Part shown: positions 7,893 to 13,407 of the stretch, one piece after another
Position numbering within the stretch: the first letter of the stretch is position 1
How the letters are laid out: the number at the start of each line of letters is the position of its first letter
Source of the DNA: Chthonomonadales bacterium
Lineage (GTDB): Bacteria; Armatimonadota; Chthonomonadetes; Chthonomonadales; Chthonomonadaceae
Direction: 5' to 3'
Assembly: GCA_038217285.1 (NCBI GenBank)
Contig: JBBQPO010000167.1
Coordinates: forward strand, 1-13,407
DNA length: 13,407 bases
Program-made: the position numbers and the translations under genes
The notes under the pieces: generated by a model
Told to the model about the DNA's origin: nothing
Database searches by the model: none
The model's input: the letters and a program-made list of their open reading frames with translations, nothing else

Positions 7893-7923
7893 TTGACAGC
7901 GAACATCAGGTTTGTGCGATAAT
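7893..7923 (+). promoter_or_regulatory. Sigma70-type promoter TTGACA-19nt-GATAAT (with TG extension) for the glycoside hydrolase gene
   Basis: TTGACA at 7893-7898 and TGcGATAAT at 7915-7923. The spacer is long (19 nt). Confidence 0.5.
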
Positions 7924-7960
7924 GACAACTGGTTGCAACACGATCACCAGGAGAAGCCTC

Positions 7961-9289
7961 TTGAAATTATTGTCCCGCTTCCCGGTGGCGAATGGCGTTC
8001 GTCCCGCATGGTTTCGCACTCTTAGCCTCGGCCTTATGGCCCTTTGTCTCGTTTGCGCCGTTCCCACCACTGCTCAGAATTCGGATCCGAACTCCCCGTC
8101 TATCCGTAACGAAAACTTCTCGCCGCCTCCGGAAGCGCCCGATCTCCCCTCGGAGATGCGCGGCCTCTGGGTGGTGCGCGACAGCCTGATCTCGCCTGCG
8201 GCGGTGCATCAGGTCGTTCTGACCGCCGTGAAGTATCATCTGAATGCGTTGTTCGTGCAGGTGCGCGGCCGGGGCGACGCCCTGTACAACTCGCCCTACG
8301 AGCCGCGTGCCGAGAACCTCGCCCACCAGCCCAGGACATTCGACCCGCTGGAACAGATCGTGGTCGAGGGGCATGCCAACGGCCTGCAGGTGCATGCGTG
8401 GCTCAACACCTATCTCACCTGGAGCGGTCGTTGCGCTCCGACCGCCTGGCAGCATCTCTGGAACGCGCATCGCGACTGGTTCGCCTGTGATCGGCACGGC
8501 CACTGCTCCTGCGTGGGGAACGATCGGGTCGAGGGCGCGTTTCTGCAGCCGAGTAGCCCGCAGGTCCAGCAGCATCTTTTCAACGTCTTTACCGACGTCG
8601 CCTCGCGTTACGATGTCGATGGCATCCATTTCGACTACTGCCGCTACGGCGGGGCCGAGTACGACTTCAGTGCCGCCGCCCTGCAGCGCTTTCGCGACTT
8701 CATGCAGCCGCAGTTGCCGCAGGACCGCGCCGCGCTGTACGATGCCCGTCGCAAATCCGACCGTCTTGCGTATGTCCATGCCTTTCCAGACCACTGGGCC
8801 GATTGGCGACGCACGCAGATCACCGATCTGGTGGCGCGTATTTCGCACAAGGTGAAAGAGGACAAGCCCTGGATGCAGGTCTCCGCCGCGGTTTTCCCCG
8901 ACGTCAGGGAAGCCTTCGTGGTGCGCGGGCAGGACTGGCAGACATGGCTGCAGAACGGCTGCCTCGACGCCATTGCGCTCATGTCCTACGACCGCAACAC
9001 GGCGCATGTGCTCGCACAGACGCGCCGCGCCGTCGCCATCGCCGGGGAGCGCCACGTCTACACAGGGATCGGAGCATGGCGGCTGCAGGCGCACGATGTC
9101 GCCGGCAAGATCGCGGCTTTGCGGGGGAGCGGCGCGGCTGGCGTCAATCTCTTCTCCTACGGCGGCGTCCACAATCGCCCACGCTATCTCGATACGCTGG
9201 CCCGAGGCGTTTTTGCCAGTCGCGCCGCCCCTCCGCGCATGCGCTGGCTCCCGAAACGTGAACCCGCGCCAGCGAAGTTCCGTCCCTGA
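7961..9289 (+). CDS. Family-10-like glycosyl hydrolase (GHL10/DUF187, YddW/DigH-like), secreted
   Basis: EMRGLWV, LFVQVRGRGDALYNSPYEP, FDPL, LQVHAWLN, YDVDGIHFDY, WRR and QDWQTW. Start most likely TTG 7961 (in frame, AGGAG at 7949-7953, downstream of the promoter), which yields a signal peptide. Confidence 0.9.
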   Translation: MKLLSRFPVANGVRPAWFRTLSLGLMALCLVCAVPTTAQNSDPNSPSIRNENFSPPPEAPDLPSEMRGLWVVRDSLISPAAVHQVVLTAVKYHLNALFVQVRGRGDALYNSPYEPRAENLAHQPRTFDPLEQIVVEGHANGLQVHAWLNTYLTWSGRCAPTAWQHLWNAHRDWFACDRHGHCSCVGNDRVEGAFLQPSSPQVQQHLFNVFTDVASRYDVDGIHFDYCRYGGAEYDFSAAALQRFRDFMQPQLPQDRAALYDARRKSDRLAYVHAFPDHWADWRRTQITDLVARISHKVKEDKPWMQVSAAVFPDVREAFVVRGQDWQTWLQNGCLDAIALMSYDRNTAHVLAQTRRAVAIAGERHVYTGIGAWRLQAHDVAGKIAALRGSGAAGVNLFSYGGVHNRPRYLDTLARGVFASRAAPPRMRWLPKREPAPAKFRP

Positions 9290-9437
9290 AATAAGGTACT
9301 CTCTCAGAGTAGAGAGAGGAATTTTTGTGTCCAAGCAATAATATAAGATCATGGCACAAAGAGTGCGAACATAACATCTACTGTACATTCAAGGTAGGAT
9401 AGTGCGCCGGGCGCAGTCCTCCACGGAAGGAGATCTA

Positions 9438-9848
9438 TTGCAATCAACACCCCCTCCCGTTCTCTCCGCCCTTGCTGGCAAGCGAATTGTAACGGTCGAG
9501 GACGAAAGCATCACTCAGATGCAACTTCGCAAGGTTCTGACACGGGCGGGGCTCGTCGTCGTGGGACAGGCTATGAACGGTCGAGACGGAGTAGAACTCA
9601 TTCTGCGCGAGAAGCCCGATCTGGTCACGATGGACATCACTATGCCGATCATGGATGGCCTGGAAGCGACACGGCAGATCATGGAGAAAGACAATACCTG
9701 CGTGGTCATCGTGTCAGCCTATACCAACGAAGAATACCGAAAAAAGGCGGCGGAAGTCGGGGCCTGTGGATATGTCGTCAAACCGATCGCGGCGGCCTCT
9801 CTGCTTCCGGCGCTGGAATATATTTACGAACATAGGGCTTCAAAATAG
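9438..9848 (+). CDS. Single-domain response regulator (receiver only, PdtaR/AmiR-NasT-like REC)
   Basis: VEDE acidic pocket, phospho-Asp in TMDITMP, SAY and KP all intact. TTG 9438 preceded by AAGGAG (the ORF track uses GTG 9402). No output domain. Confidence 0.88.
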   Translation: MQSTPPPVLSALAGKRIVTVEDESITQMQLRKVLTRAGLVVVGQAMNGRDGVELILREKPDLVTMDITMPIMDGLEATRQIMEKDNTCVVIVSAYTNEEYRKKAAEVGACGYVVKPIAAASLLPALEYIYEHRASK

Positions 9849-9884
9849 CGGCGCTGTAGGAAGCCTTGCAGCTTTGCAGCGTGG

Positions 9885-10853
9885 CTAGATCCAGCGCTTC
9901 CACCGAGCCAGAATCAAGGTGGCGAAAGCGATCACGCCGATCACTCCAAGCATGGCCCAGAACCCTGGAGTTGAGGCAGGGTTGACGGGTACTTTCACTA
10001 AGAGGGCTGTGATTCCCACGATGACGCTGGCAGGAAACCAGACGAAGGAGACGAGGGTCAACACTTTTATCACCTCGTTCGTGCGTAGCGTCGTCTGAGT
10101 CGTAAAGATATCGAACGAGCCAACCAACAGCTCACGCGCGTTCTCCATGGCTTCGATGGCGCGATCCAGGCGATCCGCGAGGCTCCGGAAATGGACGGCT
10201 GAACTGGAATTCGCGATGGCCTGAAAATCCGGCCGCGTCATGGCCGCGTAGACTTCGCGGTGGGGGGTCAGAACCCGGCGGACAAACGCGACTTTCTGGC
10301 GCAGTTTCGCAAGTTCGGCCAGGAGGTCGCGGGAATGGCGCGGTCGCATGGCATGCGCGTCGATCTTATCTACTTCCTTTTCAAGCTCTTCCAGTAGCCG
10401 AAAGTAGCTCGTCACATGCCAGTCGAGCAGCCCCGCGAGAAAGCCCGGTGCATCGAGTTCGCCTAAATCGCTGTCGCCCTTGACCCGCTGATCGAAGCTA
10501 TCCAGGAAACCGACGGGTTTGCGATGCACGGTTACCACCAGGTTCGCGCCCAGAAGGAAATCGACCTCTACCAGCGTATATTTCCCGTTTGTCTGCTGAA
10601 TCGTCTGAATGTTGAACTGGGAGTAACCGGTGTAGTGTTCCAGGCGAGGCCGCCGCCCCGTCTGAAGCAACGTATAGAGCGACTCGCGGTGGAGTGACAA
10701 CTGTGAACTGAGAAGGCGCAACTCGCTCTCTTCGTACTCGCTGACATCTATCCACAAGAGCTGCTTGTCATGCAGATCCTCAACGCGCTGTTGCGTCAGC
10801 GCGACCTCCTTGTCCGTTCCTGTCGCATCGTATAAATAGGCCCGTGTGGCCAT
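9885..10853 (-). CDS. CorA-family divalent cation transporter, atypical (no GMN motif)
   Basis: LLWIDV, RPRLE, LVVTVH, long stalk helices, TNEVIKVLT, two C-terminal TM helices and a terminal RWKRWI. AAGGAG SD. GMN position reads ALL. Confidence 0.88.
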   Translation of the reverse strand: MATRAYLYDATGTDKEVALTQQRVEDLHDKQLLWIDVSEYEESELRLLSSQLSLHRESLYTLLQTGRRPRLEHYTGYSQFNIQTIQQTNGKYTLVEVDFLLGANLVVTVHRKPVGFLDSFDQRVKGDSDLGELDAPGFLAGLLDWHVTSYFRLLEELEKEVDKIDAHAMRPRHSRDLLAELAKLRQKVAFVRRVLTPHREVYAAMTRPDFQAIANSSSAVHFRSLADRLDRAIEAMENARELLVGSFDIFTTQTTLRTNEVIKVLTLVSFVWFPASVIVGITALLVKVPVNPASTPGFWAMLGVIGVIAFATLILARWKRWI

Positions 10854-10904
10854 CTTGGTTTCTCCTTCACCCCGTTGCAGCAGGGCAGGGATACGACGCG
10901 CCAG

Positions 10905-11360
10905 CTAGGAGAACTGTTCACCTATTACTTCTGAACCCCTCGGAAGAGTCCTCATGGCTTCCGATCCTATGTTAGGATCCACAAAGGGCATGCCCTCGCG
11001 CACGGAATGGATGGCATTCAACAAGACCTCGAGGCCGGACGACTTCGCCACAAAGGCATTGGCGCCCAGCCGCATCGCCGCTTCGACATAGAGCGGCTCG
11101 GAGTGATTGGAAAGGATGATGATCGCGACCGCATTCTTTTCGTTGCGCAGATACTGCAGCACCTCCAGGCCGGTCATTTGGGGCATCTTGATGTCCACCA
11201 ACAACAGATGGGGCTGCAGGGAATGTACGGCCCGGATCGCCTCCAGTCCGTCAGCGGCTTCGCCAATCAGCTTCAGGCCGAAGTCACATTCCATCATCAT
11301 ACGCAGGCTCTTGCGAACCATCGCATGGTCATCGGCGATTACGACTGTCATAGGTGACAC
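10905..11360 (-). CDS. Single-domain response regulator (NarL/FixJ-type receiver lacking LuxR HTH)
   Basis: VVIADDHAMVR, GEAADGLEA, LLVDIKMP, ILS, GANAFVAK and AIHSVREG..FVDP. The protein ends about 20 aa after the receiver. Confidence 0.88.
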   Translation of the reverse strand: MSPMTVVIADDHAMVRKSLRMMMECDFGLKLIGEAADGLEAIRAVHSLQPHLLLVDIKMPQMTGLEVLQYLRNEKNAVAIIILSNHSEPLYVEAAMRLGANAFVAKSSGLEVLLNAIHSVREGMPFVDPNIGSEAMRTLPRGSEVIGEQFS

Positions 11361-11387
11361 GGGTTACCCTTTCTGGATTCTGCACAC

Positions 11388-11396
11388 ATTATCCCA
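11388..11396 (-). promoter_or_regulatory. Candidate proximal extended -10 (TGgGATAAT) for the receiver-corA unit
   Basis: Plus-strand ATTATCCCA, 28 nt upstream of GTG 11360. Confidence 0.4.
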
Positions 11397-11562
11397 CCGA
11401 ATACATCCCGACGAGGAGAACGAGGCGAGGCCATCCAGGGCGATTCGAATCGTGTTGGCTTTCTGCAGGGAAGGAATGCAACTGTTCCGTCAGATCTGGA
11501 GGCGTCTACCCGGAAACGAGGTCGCCGTGGCGAGTGTCGTCGTTTCCGCGATGCCCGCCGAC

Positions 11563-11570
11563 ATTATACC
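11563..11570 (-). promoter_or_regulatory. Candidate distal -10 (GGTATAAT)
   Basis: Plus-strand ATTATACC; a perfect TATAAT on the minus strand immediately followed by a long hairpin. Confidence 0.45.
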
Positions 11571-11759
11571 TCGTGAATGCGTGAAAGCGTGTACGTGGAG
11601 AGAGGAAGGGCTGTTGTAGACAAATTGCTAGAAAGATCAATCAAGCCTGCACATGCAGTGTCAAAGGCGACATGGAAACAGAATCGTGGTCGATCAGAGG
11701 ATGATTGTGGGTAAGGCTACACTGCCCGACCCAGAACGGACCTGATGGCAGCGGAGGGC

Positions 11760-12887
11760 TTACTTGCGGCGACGTCGCAACAGATAACCGCCGCTCAACA
11801 GCGCCGCGCCGAATAGAGCGAGCGACCCAGGTTCCGGCGTCGCTGCACCCGTGACGGAAGGCAGGTTCCCGGCGAACTGGAAGTTATGGGATTCACCGCC
11901 GCCGTCGCCGCCGTTGATCAGGTTGTTCGCGATCAACGTCCCGTCGATATGGCCGCTATTGAAAGTGAGGTCCGAGAAAGGAGCCAGGAGACTGCCATTG
12001 ATGCCCACGTGATTGACGACGAGCCCACCGGTCGCATGAGAAAAGTTGTAGAGCACGTGCATCTTGTCCGTGCCGTTGACGGTGATATTGATGCTGGGGA
12101 AGGTGTTGGTATTGTCGGCAAGGGCGGTAAAATTCACCAGGACACTGTAGCCCGAATTTGCATTGATGGTAAGGCTGGAACCGTTTTTCAGTTGGTCGCC
12201 GCTCACGAGAAAGATGTCGGTTAACAGGGCATTGGTAGCACCGTGCTGCAGGGTGATATCGTTCGTCGTCAGGTTGGTCACGCCGTTGGCCGCTAGCGCT
12301 CCCCAACCGGTGGAGTGTCCGGTCAGATAGCTTGATGCGGAACTGAAATAAGCCGGAATAGTCGTCTGCGCGCCAGGATTGCCGGTTGCAATGGATCCAG
12401 CCGCGATCTGATAGGGTGAGCCGACCGTATTAGGCGTCGAAAACGGGGCGTAGCCCTCGTTTTGGGTGTAGGTTTTGCCGGTAACAAGGTTGATCGAGCC
12501 GCCCACCGAACCGCCTCCGCTAAACGTTACATTACTATTACCGAACAGGCTGCCCGTGAGCGTTGGCGTGGACCAGGTCGCGTTTCCGTTCACGTAAGCT
12601 GTACCTTTGACAGTATTGCTATTGTTCGTGTACGCGCCGCCTACCAACAGACTTGTGCCGGAGAGGGAGTTATTGTTGACGGTATATCCGCTGCCGCCGC
12701 CATGGGTGAAGTCTGCCGCACCTCCGACGCCCACACGCCCCTCGGCGTCGGTCCCGAACTGGTAATCGTTGCCCAGGGTGAATACGTTGAAATCGTTGGC
12801 GACGCCTAGGTTGTCGGCTCTGGACGGGACGACCCCAAGCGAGAGCGCCGCGATGCCTGCTATACCGAGAGCAAATACACGTTTCAA
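11760..12887 (-). CDS. Choice-of-anchor A domain protein with PEP-CTERM sorting signal
   Basis: Signal peptide; FNVFTLGN...DAEGRVGVGG, VLYNF..AT, GSLLAP, GHIDG and GESH..F.G.LP. C-terminal PEPGSLALFGAALLSGGYLLRRRRK. TTG start with AAGGAG SD. Confidence 0.92.
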   Translation of the reverse strand: MKRVFALGIAGIAALSLGVVPSRADNLGVANDFNVFTLGNDYQFGTDAEGRVGVGGAADFTHGGGSGYTVNNNSLSGTSLLVGGAYTNNSNTVKGTAYVNGNATWSTPTLTGSLFGNSNVTFSGGGSVGGSINLVTGKTYTQNEGYAPFSTPNTVGSPYQIAAGSIATGNPGAQTTIPAYFSSASSYLTGHSTGWGALAANGVTNLTTNDITLQHGATNALLTDIFLVSGDQLKNGSSLTINANSGYSVLVNFTALADNTNTFPSINITVNGTDKMHVLYNFSHATGGLVVNHVGINGSLLAPFSDLTFNSGHIDGTLIANNLINGGDGGGESHNFQFAGNLPSVTGAATPEPGSLALFGAALLSGGYLLRRRRK

Positions 12888-12930
12888 GGGGAGACTCCTT
12901 TGATCGATCCGGTTCCACTATTCAGACTAT

Positions 12931-12939
12931 ATTCTATCA
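12931..12939 (-). promoter_or_regulatory. Extended -10 promoter (TGaTAGAAT) for the PEP-CTERM gene
   Basis: Plus-strand ATTCTATCA, about 45 nt upstream of TTG 12887. Confidence 0.5.
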
Positions 12940-13059
12940 GAGGGGGAGAGGGGGGCACATCCGTACAATTACGTAGATTTGTGGAGAAAACCACTTATCT
13001 TTTCGTTCGCTGAAAACAAGTACCCTCTCGGAGAGTCGGAGCCGTGGGACGGATCTGCA

Positions 13060-13067
13060 GGTATAAT
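13060..13067 (+). promoter_or_regulatory. -10 element (GGTATAAT) for the CDF transporter gene
   Basis: Perfect TATAAT at 13062-13067, about 105 nt upstream of ATG 13172, divergent from the PEP-CTERM gene. Confidence 0.55.
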
Positions 13068-13084
13068 CAGAGAACAGGCTGTGA

Positions 13085-13170
13085 TCGGCAGCAGAAGGCT
13101 TCCGCCCTCTGCACCGAGTGAGAACGGGATGCCGTTCCCCTGAAACGCTAACACGCGGGCTGAGAACTCC
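13085..13170 (+). promoter_or_regulatory. Structured 5' leader of the CDF gene (candidate cis-regulatory RNA)
   Basis: Hairpins TCGG..GCAGA.GGC-ttcc-GCC.TCTGC.CCGA (13085-13117) and GAACGG-gatg-CCGTTC (13122-13137). Partial similarity to the fluoride riboswitch layout. Confidence 0.35.
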
Positions 13171-13171
13171 C

Positions 13172-13407
13172 ATGGCAAACTCGGAAACCGAACCTGTAGC
13201 ACAGACGGAAAAAGTGTCCGCCGCCCGCCTGTCGCTGCTTTCGAATGCGCTCCTCACGGTCATTAAATTGACCATAGGACTGTTGACCAACTCGGTAGGC
13301 GTGCTCTCGGACGGCGTGCATTCCGCCTCCGATGTCATGGCTTCCGCCATCGCCCTCTATACCGTGCGAGAAGCCGACCGCCCACCCGACGAAGATCATC
13401 CCTACGG
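13172..13407 (+). CDS. Cation diffusion facilitator family transporter (FieF/CzcD-like), 5' part; truncated by window end
   Basis: Manual translation gives MANSETEPVAQTEKVSAARLSLLSNALLTVIKLTIGLLTNSVGVLSDGVHSASDVMASAIALYTVREADRPPDEDHPYG. This has the CDF signature S-x3-(S/A)D-x2-HS-x2-D followed by PPD-x2-HPYG. Confidence 0.93.
   Translation, partial: MANSETEPVAQTEKVSAARLSLLSNALLTVIKLTIGLLTNSVGVLSDGVHSASDVMASAIALYTVREADRPPDEDHPY

Noticed and set aside
7829-7960. Upstream ATG starts (7829, 7922) for the glycoside hydrolase
   Set aside because: They precede or overlap the predicted promoter and lack an SD. TTG 7961 has AGGAG and gives a sensible signal peptide.
9297-9326. CTCTCT/AGAGAG hairpin followed by T-run after the hydrolase gene
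   Set aside because: Only a 6-bp low-complexity stem separated from the T-run; too weak to call a terminator.
7967-9388. 473-aa antisense ORF spanning the hydrolase gene
   Set aside because: It mirrors the sense gene codon for codon with no recognisable domain; a typical high-GC antisense artefact.
9853-9881. Imperfect GCTGTA/TGCAGC hairpin between the convergent receiver and corA genes
   Set aside because: Short, relies on G-U pairs and has no U-tracts; it could be a weak terminator but is unsupported.
10854-10904. Frameshifted LuxR HTH that would make the NarL-like receiver a pseudogene
   Set aside because: Only 51 nt remain before corA and I see no LTxRE/HTH-like residues there.
12940-12955. 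G-rich run (GAGGGGGAGAGGGGGG) as a G-quadruplex
   Set aside because: Only two G tracts; more simply the spacer of the PEP-CTERM gene promoter.
12937-13399. Minus-strand ORFs 12937..13350 and 13148..13399
   Set aside because: Antisense shadows of the plus-strand CDF gene and its promoter region.
1-13407. CRISPR array, tRNA/rRNA, IS or prophage; single metal-homeostasis island
   Set aside because: No regularly spaced repeats, cloverleafs, transposase or integrase genes were seen. The three metal-related genes are separated by housekeeping genes, so co-location is not evidence of one system.

Overview
A GC-rich bacterial chromosomal window, most plausibly Armatimonadota-like. That placement is an inference from Firmicutes-type rny/ymdB sitting beside PEP-CTERM and DUF1501 genes. 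Left to right: a small DUF2946/CruR-like membrane protein ending in an RGPP ribosome-arrest-type motif (-); a Gfo/Idh/MocA oxidoreductase, recX, rny (RNase Y), a YmdB/TIGR00282 metallophosphoesterase and a secreted Gly-rich hypothetical protein (all +); a perfect bidirectional terminator; a Tat-type DUF1501 protein (-); a GHL10/DUF187 glycoside-hydrolase-like protein (+); a stand-alone receiver-domain protein (+); a CorA-fold transporter lacking the GMN signature and a second stand-alone receiver (-); a choice-of-anchor-A PEP-CTERM protein (-); and the 5' end of a cation diffusion facilitator (+) that the ORF track misses because it runs off the window. No rRNA, tRNA, CRISPR array or transposase is evident. 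The best leads are a putative metal-sensing ribosome-stalling leader ORF, the GMN-less CorA flanked by two output-less receivers, and a structured, riboswitch-like leader in front of the CDF gene.
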